Source: Candidatus Bathyarchaeota archaeon (GTDB taxonomy: Archaea; Thermoproteota; Bathyarchaeia; Bathyarchaeales; Bathycorpusculaceae). Taken from it: a stretch of 64,000 nt of DNA. The position numbers and the translations under genes were made by a program. How positions within the stretch are numbered: the stretch's first letter is position 1; the number at the start of each line of letters is the position of its first letter. The stretch lies in NCBI GenBank assembly GCA_963833575.1, contig CAWHXY010000006.1:256001-320000 (forward strand), read 5' to 3'. Under the pieces are notes generated by a model. The model made no database searches and was not told the DNA's origin. It saw only the letters and a program-made list of their open reading frames with translations. Shown here piece after piece: positions 10,401-17,647 of this stretch.

Positions 10401-10850
10401 AGCTGCAATGAGCTCTTCTTTTGAGAGCTGGGATAAGAAACATAATTTGGATTTAAGCATGACAGGAATATTGCCGATGTAAACAAGTTCTGTGTCTTGC
10501 TCTCTTCCATCAATAACTGGAGTCATTTCCAGTGCAATAGGAGCCGAATACGCTAAGTTTCTTAGTCGGGCTTCCATTGGGTAAATTTCATGTTTTGTTC
10601 CATCTACCTCAGTGACGTACGGACCTGTAATTCTTGATTGAGGATCAATAACCCAAATTTGTCCAAGTTTCACCTTATAGGGGCTTTCTGGAACTTCAAT
10701 GGGAATTTCAGCGACTTCATCAACAACTTCCTGTAACCCATGGTCAATGAATTCGTTATAGCTGTCAAGGTGCTGCCTTACCAAGCCTTTCTCATTGAAA
10801 AAAGTCTTCAATAAATCATGGATATCTTCTTTTTGGATAATGTTGGTCAA
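7482..10850 (-). CDS. rpoB: DNA-directed RNA polymerase subunit B (unsplit)
   Basis: GYNMEDA, GDKFASRHGQKG, YQKLHHMVADKIHAR, GGLRFGEMERDC and a C-terminal Zn ribbon. Confidence 0.98.
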   Translation of the reverse strand: MTNIIQKEDIHDLLKTFFNEKGLVRQHLDSYNEFIDHGLQEVVDEVAEIPIEVPESPYKVKLGQIWVIDPQSRITGPYVTEVDGTKHEIYPMEARLRNLAYSAPIALEMTPVIDGREQDTELVYIGNIPVMLKSKLCFLSQLSKEELIAAGEDPDDQGGYFVVNGSERVIVAMEDLAPNRVIVDIDEKGTSPVYQAKIFSTTVGFRARIELKLKSDDAIYVTMPGVPTEIPFVVIMRALSLEKDKDIAEAVSLDSEMQSQLAASFEKAIGVDTPSDAILFIGNRVAHGQVEEYRLQKAETALDKNFLPHLGRSEANRKEKAIFLGEMAYRVIQLKTGRRQPDDKDHFKNKRLRLGGPLLADLFRVSFRNLTRDIKYQLERIGVKGPIITVSAAVRPGIITERFQHALATGNWGRGRVGITQLLDRTNYISTLSHLRRLQSPLSRSQPNFEARDLHPTHWGRLCPNETPEGSNCGLVKNLALSASIAVGVNPDKVKQLLFEMGSVPAGEASRELRISGAKVFVDGNIIGYCNNPQDIVKSFREKRRAGEISTEANITYFSKMQTETEEVHANCDEGRVRRPLIIVENGEPKLQSKHFEKIGLGEWTWEDVVKNGLIEYLDAEEEENAYIALTFDKIEKTNTHVEIATYTILGICASTIPYPEHNQSPRNSYQAAMAKQALGVYGTNFHHRVDSRSHILHYPQVPMVETELMEVMGYKQRPTGQNCVVAVLSFEGYNMEDALIFNKASIDRGLARSTFYRIYEAECRQYLGGLKDKFTVPEPGTRGYRGEQYYRLLEPDGIISLESQVVGGDVLIGRISPPRFLEEYKEFEVKGPSMRDTSVDMRPSETGTVDGIFITMSGEGSQLVKVRVRDQRIPELGDKFASRHGQKGVIGLIVPQEDLPFTDEGIVPDLIINPHAIPSRMTIGQFIESLAGKAASARGRPANGTPFSNEGPDEIRKSLVKLGFSHTGGEVFYNGTTGEKFVADVFVGVVYYQKLHHMVADKIHARARGQVQMLTRQPTEGRARGGGLRFGEMERDCLIGHGAAMLLRDRLLEESDKYTLYICENCGQIAYFDMKQRRYVCRICDEKAKISPVIVSYAFKLLLQELQSLCITPKLRLKEKA

Positions 10851-10994
10851 TTTTTCAGTTCTCCATAAATTTTATTATCTTGTAAATTTGTTAGCATTTT
10901 CAAACTTCCATCTCCTTCAATAATGGGATCATCCAATTTGAAAAAGGGTTGAGTTAACTTTTCTAAGAGCACAACAAACAGCTACATAGCCCAC

Positions 10995-11008
10995 ATATAA
11001 ACTTTTTT
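10995..11008 (-). promoter_or_regulatory. Putative BRE/TATA promoter of the RNAP operon
   Basis: The minus strand reads AAAAAAG-TTTATAT about 145 nt upstream of the rpoB start. Confidence 0.5.
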
Positions 11009-11302
11009 ATGCATATCCACCCTAAATGGAAGGTCGCCTAAACTTTCCTAGAAGCAAAGCATCAAAAAAACTTTGCGTTGTTGCCGTTGCAGAGAGCAAA
11101 ACCTAAAACAACTCACAAAATCAGCTGTAACGAGCAAATGACAGAGGTACTTAATTTGTGCAGGTGAAGTAATGTGAGAAAACGTTTTTTGCTTAGTGGA
11201 ACTCGTTGAATTGTTTTTAGAAGAAGAACAACAACACGGAAATTGCTATTTTTTGAACAGTTTGTTTTAGATTGCTTTTTTGTGGCAAAGCTTAAATCAG
11301 TT

Positions 11303-11396
11303 GTAGGTTGCGTACAAAGAAGTACATCTAAGTATGCGGAAGTACACGCAAGTACTCGACGAGTATGAGCACGTACACCTGAGTACACTCGTGTAA
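11303..11396. repeat. Helically phased array of ten GTAN boxes (6 GTAC, 2 GTAT, 1 GTAG, 1 GTAA)
   Basis: GTA starts at 11303, 11312, 11322, 11332, 11342, 11352, 11363, 11373, 11383 and 11393 (spacings 9,10,10,10,10,11,10,10,10), with variable 5-7 nt spacers. It lies between a TATA-like CTTAAAT (11291-11297) and the AGGAG SD (11404-11408) of the next gene. Confidence 0.9.
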
Positions 11397-11416
11397 GACT
11401 AAAAGGAGAAGTTAGA

Positions 11417-11695
11417 ATGCCACTAAATCAAAGCGTTACCTTCAAAACGAGGCTACAGAAACAAAATCGATTACAGATCCCTAAACTAATAAGATTGAAA
11501 TATACACTAGAATCATCTGAGATCTTAAAAGTCAAAGTAACAATCTTTATCGGCTATGCAAAAAGCGAAAATTTTTTCACCAAAATGTATGAAAGTGGAC
11601 GCATACGCATTCCAGATTTGGTAATGGCCTTGCTGGAAAATGACAAGAGAAACCTAGTAGGATACCCAATAGAAGTTACAATTGAACCAGCATAA
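11417..11695 (+). CDS. Tandem AbrB/SpoVT (MraZ-like) swapped-hairpin DNA-binding protein
   Basis: Two AbrB-like repeats: FKTRLQKQNRLQIPKLIR and FFTKMYESGRIRIPDLVM. SD AGGAG upstream. Confidence 0.75.
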   Translation: MPLNQSVTFKTRLQKQNRLQIPKLIRLKYTLESSEILKVKVTIFIGYAKSENFFTKMYESGRIRIPDLVMALLENDKRNLVGYPIEVTIEPA

Positions 11696-11729
11696 TCATC
11701 AAACATTTGGATAATTTGATATTAACTAA

Positions 11730-12041
11730 CTAATACCTAACGACTTTGTAACGACATCTCAATTGGCGCTTCCTCTTTTCCTGCGCCTCAGATAACGGCG
11801 AGTTACCCGTCTTCACTTCATAAACTGTGGGCTCGCCAACTTTATTTCCGAAAAAATCCCGTTTCTGAACAACAAAATCGCCGCCCTCACGAATTTTCGT
11901 GCAATCATGCCCTTGCATAGTCTGATCAAACGCAAAACGATCCTTAGCAATATTGCCTTTTGCACGTTTACCTGATAAGTTGAACCTTTTTGAAACATTT
12001 CCCAATTTTAAGGGATCGTCGCTTGAATTTCTTTTACCCAA
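11730..12041 (-). CDS. Small PD-(D/E)xK-superfamily nuclease-like protein
   Basis: GGDFVV...YEVKTGNSPLSEAQ matches the D...ExK...LSxxQ core of minimal Hjc/VRR-NUC-type nucleases. 103 aa, basic. Confidence 0.6.
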   Translation of the reverse strand: MGKRNSSDDPLKLGNVSKRFNLSGKRAKGNIAKDRFAFDQTMQGHDCTKIREGGDFVVQKRDFFGNKVGEPTVYEVKTGNSPLSEAQEKRKRQLRCRYKVVRY

Positions 12042-12147
12042 CTATCGTAACCTTCTGCAATGTAAAGTTAAGTTGTAATTAAAAATTTGCCAAATACTTA
12101 ACGCTTTACAAGATATTACTTCGACGATAACTTCATTTCAATGTTTT

Positions 12148-13029
12148 TTAACGTTTGATTATTTTCAGACCTGCTGTCTTGTTTTTCCCTATTTTTTTAC
12201 TTATGATCGGTAAAAGGTTTTGGTCTGCTTCATACCCGATGCTATTGCGCTCATTCTGTAAAGCCATTTTTGCTGTTGTTCCTGAGCCTAGAAAAGGGTC
12301 TAGTACTGTTTCGCCTTTAACGCTAAACATTTTGATTAGTCGCTCAGCGATTTCTTCAGGGTAAGCGGCTGTTCTTCTCTCTAGTTCACTTGTGGTTTGG
12401 CGGGTTCCTTTCAAAGACCAGATTTGGCTAAACCATTCATCCCGCTCAACCTTTTTAAATGCGCTTTCGTATCGGAGTTTATCTTTAGGCGGAAACTTTC
12501 GAAGATTCCCCTTCCTAAACAACAAGATAAACTCGCAGTCCAACGTGACGTAAGCGTTCGGCGGAAGAAAACCTGAACCCAAAAAGGCGCCTTTGCCTTT
12601 GTATTTTGGTTTGGTTGTTGGTTTTTTCCATAAAATATAGGGTAAAGTGGTGAAACCGATTTTTTCGCAAATTTCAGTTATTCTTGAGTGATTAGGATAA
12701 AGCTGGAATCTACCGTTAACTGTTCGTGTTGCGTCACCAATATTTATGCAAGCTATTCCGCCGTCAACGAGAACGCGATATGTTTCTTGCCAAACTTTGC
12801 TGAGATAATCGTGCATGCCATAGTAGATTTGCCTGATTGTTTCTTCATTGCCGTCTGTTTCCAACTTCTCACGAAGTTTTTTGATTTTTGGGTCGGCATC
12901 GGCGAAAAGATGATCCCACATTTTTATCATGGGATACGGAGGCGAAGTAACCATCAATTGCACACTTCCATCTTGGAGTTCGAGCATTTGCTGGCTATTA
13001 CCAAAGATTATTTTGTGCTCCGTATGCAT
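12148..13029 (-). CDS. Beta-class site-specific DNA methyltransferase (N4-cytosine type)
   Basis: Catalytic VTSPPY lies N-terminal to the SAM-binding VLDPFLGSGTT (beta order). The segments CINIGDATR...PNH and FLGSGFLPPNAYVTLD are typical of the archaeal 4-bp m4C family (M.MjaV/M.MthZI-like, from recall). Confidence 0.9.
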   Translation of the reverse strand: MHTEHKIIFGNSQQMLELQDGSVQLMVTSPPYPMIKMWDHLFADADPKIKKLREKLETDGNEETIRQIYYGMHDYLSKVWQETYRVLVDGGIACINIGDATRTVNGRFQLYPNHSRITEICEKIGFTTLPYILWKKPTTKPKYKGKGAFLGSGFLPPNAYVTLDCEFILLFRKGNLRKFPPKDKLRYESAFKKVERDEWFSQIWSLKGTRQTTSELERRTAAYPEEIAERLIKMFSVKGETVLDPFLGSGTTAKMALQNERNSIGYEADQNLLPIISKKIGKNKTAGLKIIKR

Positions 13030-13150
13030 GAGTATTCCCTATTGTATCGTTGATGCAGCGCTTTTACTTTTGCGGTGCTCGCAAGCGAAAAAATGAGTTA
13101 ATTGAGCAAACCCAAAATACCCCAACGAGTTTAAGCCTTAGGCGAAAACC

Positions 13151-14938
13151 ATGACCAACAAGGAACAGGAAATTACGTGGGACTTGACCGCGCTCTATCC
13201 CAGCATTAACGACCCATTGATTGAAAAAGCAATTAACGAAACAAAAACTTTCGCAGACACTTTCGAAAGTGCGTACCGAGGAAAAATATCCACCCTTGAC
13301 CCAACGAAACTGTTACAGTGTCTTCGTGAACTTGAATCTTTCTACGTTAAAACAGGAGACTTTTCGCTTTTTGCAAGCTTATCTTTTTCAGCTAACATGA
13401 CGTTGCCTGAAGTGCAGGCACTTTATGATAGAGTTAGCAAGCTTGAGGCACAGCTTGGGAAACAGTTGGCGTTCTTTTCGCTGGAGCTAGGTTCTCTTGT
13501 TAAAGCTAAACCCCAGGTGATTGCGGAACCCGTCTTAGCGAATTATCGACATATGCTAGAGCGTGTTCAGCGGCGCGTGCCTCATCAGTTGACTGAGGTA
13601 GAGGAGCAGCTTGTTATTGAGAAGGATCAGTTTGGCGTGCAGGCTTGGGAGGAATTGCAGAGCAAATGGCTCAACACCCGCATGTTTGAAGTTATGGTTT
13701 TGGGCGAAAAAAAGACGCTTAACTACGGCGAAGCCAATGGACTCCTACCTCACCCCGACCGTGCAACACGGGAATCGGCGAACCGCGTAATTTACGGCTT
13801 ACTTGGCAAAGACGGCGAAATTTTCTCTTCAGCCCTACGCAGCATCTGCAACGACTGGGTCACCATTTCTCAACGTAGAAAATACGCGTCGCCCATGGAG
13901 TCAAGCCTCATGAATAATGATACGGAAGAGGCAATTGTGGAAAATTTACTTCATGCCATTGAAGAAAAAGCGGGCTCTTACCGCCGCTACCTCAAATTAA
14001 AAGCCAAACTCATGGGTCTGCCTATCCTGGGGAACCATGACATCGTCGCGCCCCTCCCCGATATGCCTGAGAGAAAGTTTACGTTTGCAGAAGCCCAAAC
14101 CCTGGTTATAAGAGCATATAGCCGTTTTGACTCAGAATATGCAAATTCGGTGAAAGAAATGTTTGAAAAACGGCGAATTGACGCGAACCCGCGGTTTGGG
14201 AAACGTAACGGTGCGTTTTGCGCAAGCTGGTATCGGGGAAAATCGGCATTTATCCTTGACAACTTCAACGGCACATTGAACGATGTTTATACTTTAGCTC
14301 ATGAGTTGGGGCATGCTACCCATGATTATTACATGTCCCGGAGTCAAACCCTCATGAATACAAGCGTGCCATCCACAGTTGCGGAAACCGCATCAATTTT
14401 CGGCGAATTGCTTTTAACAGATTTGCTTCTCAGCGAAACAAAAACGGATAAAGAACAAAAAGCAATTCTGTCCATGGTTCTTGATGAAGCAGGAATGACA
14501 ACGTTCCAAGTTACCGCCCGCGTCTGGTTCGAACAAGCACTCTACAAGTCAATCCAGCAGGGCGAATACCTCGATTATAAAACCATTTGCAGCCACTGGA
14601 CCAAATCACGCGACCGCATCTACAGCGACTCAGTCACATGGTTCCCCGAAATGGAAGCCGAATGGACAATGAAACCCCACTATTACATGGCAAACTACCG
14701 CTTCTACAACTACCCCTACGTCTACGCCCAAATGTTCGTCTACACCCTCTACGAACGATACTTAGAAGAGGGCAAAGCCTTTGTGCCTAAACTTGTGAAG
14801 GCGTTGTCGGCAGGCAGCAGCATCTCGCCGTTGGAAATCGGCAAAATTGTTGGGTTAAACGTTGAAGACCCAAACTTTTGGAGGGGCGGCTTGAAAGTGT
14901 TTGAGGGCTTCATCGCTGATCTCGAGAAAATCATCTAA
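13151..14938 (+). CDS. pepF: Oligoendopeptidase F (peptidase M3B)
   Basis: N-terminal WDLTALY, GKRNGAFC, zinc motif TLAHELGHATH, AETASIFGE and FYNYPYVYA. Confidence 0.93.
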   Translation: MTNKEQEITWDLTALYPSINDPLIEKAINETKTFADTFESAYRGKISTLDPTKLLQCLRELESFYVKTGDFSLFASLSFSANMTLPEVQALYDRVSKLEAQLGKQLAFFSLELGSLVKAKPQVIAEPVLANYRHMLERVQRRVPHQLTEVEEQLVIEKDQFGVQAWEELQSKWLNTRMFEVMVLGEKKTLNYGEANGLLPHPDRATRESANRVIYGLLGKDGEIFSSALRSICNDWVTISQRRKYASPMESSLMNNDTEEAIVENLLHAIEEKAGSYRRYLKLKAKLMGLPILGNHDIVAPLPDMPERKFTFAEAQTLVIRAYSRFDSEYANSVKEMFEKRRIDANPRFGKRNGAFCASWYRGKSAFILDNFNGTLNDVYTLAHELGHATHDYYMSRSQTLMNTSVPSTVAETASIFGELLLTDLLLSETKTDKEQKAILSMVLDEAGMTTFQVTARVWFEQALYKSIQQGEYLDYKTICSHWTKSRDRIYSDSVTWFPEMEAEWTMKPHYYMANYRFYNYPYVYAQMFVYTLYERYLEEGKAFVPKLVKALSAGSSISPLEIGKIVGLNVEDPNFWRGGLKVFEGFIADLEKII

Positions 14939-15004
14939 GCACAACAATGAAGGGCAAATGATTAATAAGAAAGAAAACGGAAAGTCCTTAGCCGAAAAGC
15001 GTGT

Positions 15005-15154
15005 GCTGAGGTAACCAAGCCAGGTCAAAGGTGAAAGAATACGCGCGTGCGTGTTCCACTAAGGACTCAAGATCAAACATTTGGCCGGCAAAGGCCTCGA
15101 TGGGAAATCCTTTCCCGCAGGGGTTCGCAGGTTCGAATCCTGCCCTCAGCACCA
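15005..15154 (+). tRNA. tRNA-Leu(CAA) with two introns (28/29 and 37/38) and encoded CCA
   Basis: Acceptor GCTGAGG/CCTCAGC-A-CCA, T arm GCAGG-TTCGAAT-CCTGC and a long variable arm. Removing 15036-15062 and 15072-15106 restores the stem AAGGA/TCCTT with anticodon CAA at 15068-15070. Both introns have bulge-helix-bulge-type junctions. Confidence 0.92.
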
Positions 15155-15219
15155 ACACGATCCAGAATCTTCATAGGAAAATTTTAGTAAGTCTAACCCT
15201 TTAAAAGATAATCATTCAC

Positions 15220-15471
15220 TTGGTGGCTCAGTTGGTCAAAACAGTCTTGACAGAGCAGGATAAGAGAGAACTCAAAATCGTAGCCTCGGAACTCATTGAA
15301 ATCCGCAAGCTCGTCGATAAACTTGCCGAAACCTTAGTAAACCTAACCGACAAAGAACTATTGAAGTTTTTAAATGCAAGCCAAGATGACCTTAAAGAAA
15401 AACAAGTAGATAGATACAGAGAAACACTGGAAAGACAACTGGATATCGCTGAAAAAGAATTTCGATTATGA
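15220..15471 (+). CDS. Small helical protein resembling archaeal type II TA antitoxins (orphan)
   Basis: LAETLVNLTDKELLKFLNASQDDLKEKQV resembles the 'ETLEILSDKELM..I..S.EDIK.GRV' antitoxin C-terminus. No toxin ORF follows. Confidence 0.45.
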   Translation: MVAQLVKTVLTEQDKRELKIVASELIEIRKLVDKLAETLVNLTDKELLKFLNASQDDLKEKQVDRYRETLERQLDIAEKEFRL

Positions 15472-15476
15472 ATTTA

Positions 15477-15543
15477 ACTCGAGACCCCGAATGGAATATC
15501 CTTTCTTGCAAGGGTTCGCAGGTTCGAATCCTGCCCGCAGCAC
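15477..15543 (+). repeat. Degenerate copy of tRNA-Leu 3' half (att-like)
   Basis: ATCCTTTCTTGCAAGGGTTCGCAGGTTCGAATCCTGCCCGCAGCAC (15498-15543) versus tRNA 15107-15152 ATCCTTTCCCGCAGGGGTTCGCAGGTTCGAATCCTGCCCTCAGCAC, 4 mismatches. It is preceded by an anticodon-loop-like ACTCGAGA; there is no 5' half. Confidence 0.85.
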
Positions 15544-15808
15544 TTTTAACCTTATTCGAAACTTATTTTGCCATATTAATAACAAAATATGAGTATTTTC
15601 CGAAAGAAAATCTTTATTTTTAACTCTCCAGTAAGGCGCGACTAACACTTGTTCTGAAATGAGCCCGGCAACGACTCAAACAACTTCAGGGTCAAATCCA
15701 ATCAAAATTTTTAATGATATTTGCCATTAGAAAAAGAGAAAAAATAGCATGATGGAATTCAGGTAGCTTTAAAAGTATTGAGAAACCGTTCTTAAAGGTT
15801 GACAGTTC

Positions 15809-17068
15809 ATGAGTCTAGAAAATCACGATACCCCGTATGATAAACTCGAACATTGGCCTCCAATGACTTACAGAAACCATCCTATCGTCAGTTCTGAGCT
15901 AAACAAAGCCTTCATGGACTTTCTTGAGACAGAAAACGCGTCCAAACATAATATGGAATTGCAGCCATGGATTCCATTCTGTGACGGTAAATGCACATTC
16001 TGCTATTTTCCTGTAAATTGCGAGAAGCAAAATGTCGATTTATACCTTGAAGCATTAAAGAAAGCGTTAAGCTTCTACGCGAAAAGTCCTTATGTTAAAT
16101 CAAGTACGTTTAGCGAGTTTTACATAGGCGGAGGAAGCCCATCAGTTCTCACCAAAAACCAAATAGAGGCAATTCTCCGATTTTGCAGAGAAACGTTTGC
16201 CTTCACTTCAAACGCCACAACGAAGTTTACCGCGTGTACCAATAATCTTACAGAAGAAAAAATCCGGTTGTTTTCTTCAAATGCAATTGACCAATTAGAT
16301 ATAGGGATCCAAACCTTTGACGAGGGTCTTCGAAAAGTTCTCATGCTTCGTGATAGTAACACTAAGGCGAAGCAAAAACTCAAAGAAGTCAAGCGACACG
16401 GATTGCAGGTTAGTATCGACCTACTTTATAACTTGCCTGGGCAGTCATTGGAACAATGGAGAGAGGACCTAAAACAATCGGTTGAACTAGACTTGGAAAG
16501 CGTTGACTGCTATCCATTAGAGTTATACCCAGACACGCCACTTTCAAACATGATTGCCAAAGGCGAACTGCCTCCAGCAAATGGCGATGCCAAAGAACTA
16601 GAAATGTACCTTGAAGCTTACCGCTTCTTTAAGGAAAACGGCTACGCACCCACATGCCATAACAGATTTTCAAGGCTGAAGGAAGACTTTGATAAACCCT
16701 CTTCGGAAGTAATCGGGACAGGCGCCGGGTTTTTCATGGGACGTTTAGGAAGCTACCTATATTCAGATATCGAAAAAGTAGAAGAATACATTGCCAGTGT
16801 CCAAGATGGAAAGTTGCCCATCGCAAAGCTCACTAAGCTTTCCAAGGAAGATGAAATGAGAACGGCTATGATGCTGATTTATGTTCGTGTTCCAGTTGAT
16901 AGAAAAGAATTCAAAGCTCAATTCGGAAAGTTTCCTGAAGAAGCATTTCCAGAAGCGATTGATAAACTGCAACGCAATGGGCTAATCAAAGTCGAAGATG
17001 GCAAAATAAGACTAACTGAAAAAGGCGACCCATGGAGATTCAATATAGCATGGGAGTTCTTCAAGTAG
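15809..17068 (+). CDS. HemN/HemW-family radical SAM protein
   Basis: WIPFCDGKCTFCYF (CxxxCxxC), YIGGGSPS, GIQTFD, IDLLYNLPGQ and a HemN C-terminal domain. Confidence 0.88.
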   Translation: MSLENHDTPYDKLEHWPPMTYRNHPIVSSELNKAFMDFLETENASKHNMELQPWIPFCDGKCTFCYFPVNCEKQNVDLYLEALKKALSFYAKSPYVKSSTFSEFYIGGGSPSVLTKNQIEAILRFCRETFAFTSNATTKFTACTNNLTEEKIRLFSSNAIDQLDIGIQTFDEGLRKVLMLRDSNTKAKQKLKEVKRHGLQVSIDLLYNLPGQSLEQWREDLKQSVELDLESVDCYPLELYPDTPLSNMIAKGELPPANGDAKELEMYLEAYRFFKENGYAPTCHNRFSRLKEDFDKPSSEVIGTGAGFFMGRLGSYLYSDIEKVEEYIASVQDGKLPIAKLTKLSKEDEMRTAMMLIYVRVPVDRKEFKAQFGKFPEEAFPEAIDKLQRNGLIKVEDGKIRLTEKGDPWRFNIAWEFFK

Positions 17069-17159
17069 AGATCCAGTGGCTGAAATTGCTAACTTGAAAC
17101 CAAACGTTCTTGCCGCTTCGCCGAAAGTAGGTACTAAAACCGTTAACCTTATATTGAAA

Positions 17160-17177
17160 ATGTATCTATATCGACAT
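17160..17177. promoter_or_regulatory. Putative PadR-family operator ATGT-N10-ACAT
   Basis: ATGTATCTATATCGACAT lies between a TATA-like CTTATAT (17148-17154) and the padR start. It matches the ATGT-N8/10-ACAT type bound by PadR/LmrR. Confidence 0.5.
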
Positions 17178-17191
17178 GTTGATGAAGATAT

Positions 17192-17647
17192 ATGCTTAAA
17201 GGTTTACTCAAAATGTCAATGCTCAAAATAATCTCCGAAAATAAAACCACAGGCTACCAAATCATAAAAAAAATCACTGAACTAACAGGAGAAAAACCTA
17301 GCACAGGCTCAATCTACCCACTGCTTAAATCTATGCAAACCAAAGGCTGGATAAAAGGAACAACACAAAAAGGCAAAACCTCCTACGAAATCACTACCAG
17401 TGGCCTACTAGTCGTGCAGGCACACGGCTCCTTGAAAAGCTATTATGAACAAAAACTCAACGGATCCATTTCTTTGATTCACGAAACCTTCAACGATCAA
17501 ACTGCTACCTTACCTCATAACTTTACTATTGTTAGCCCCGTTGTTAACGAAGTCGCAAGCCTACTTGCGCATGGAGTACCACCGGAAAAAATCAACGCAA
17601 TTCTTTCCAGTACAATAGTTGCTCTTCAGAAACTCTTGGAGGATTGA
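17192..17647 (+). CDS. PadR-family transcriptional regulator
   Basis: TGYQIIKKI...PSTGSIYPLLKSMQTKGWI...YEITTSG. Confidence 0.9.
   Translation: MLKGLLKMSMLKIISENKTTGYQIIKKITELTGEKPSTGSIYPLLKSMQTKGWIKGTTQKGKTSYEITTSGLLVVQAHGSLKSYYEQKLNGSISLIHETFNDQTATLPHNFTIVSPVVNEVASLLAHGVPPEKINAILSSTIVALQKLLED

Noticed and set aside
11113-11388. 91-aa minus-strand ORF over the array
   Set aside because: It is a translation of the repeat and of low-complexity intergenic DNA, with no motif; it also overlaps the promoter of the plus-strand gene.
11303-11396. CRISPR array interpretation of the GTAN repeats
   Set aside because: The conserved unit is only 3-5 bp with a 10-bp period, far below CRISPR repeat/spacer sizes, and there are no cas genes.
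15659-15730. 23-aa Thr/Ser-rich ORF upstream of the HemN-like gene as a RiPP precursor
   Set aside because: No SD or leader/core features and no other RiPP machinery nearby.
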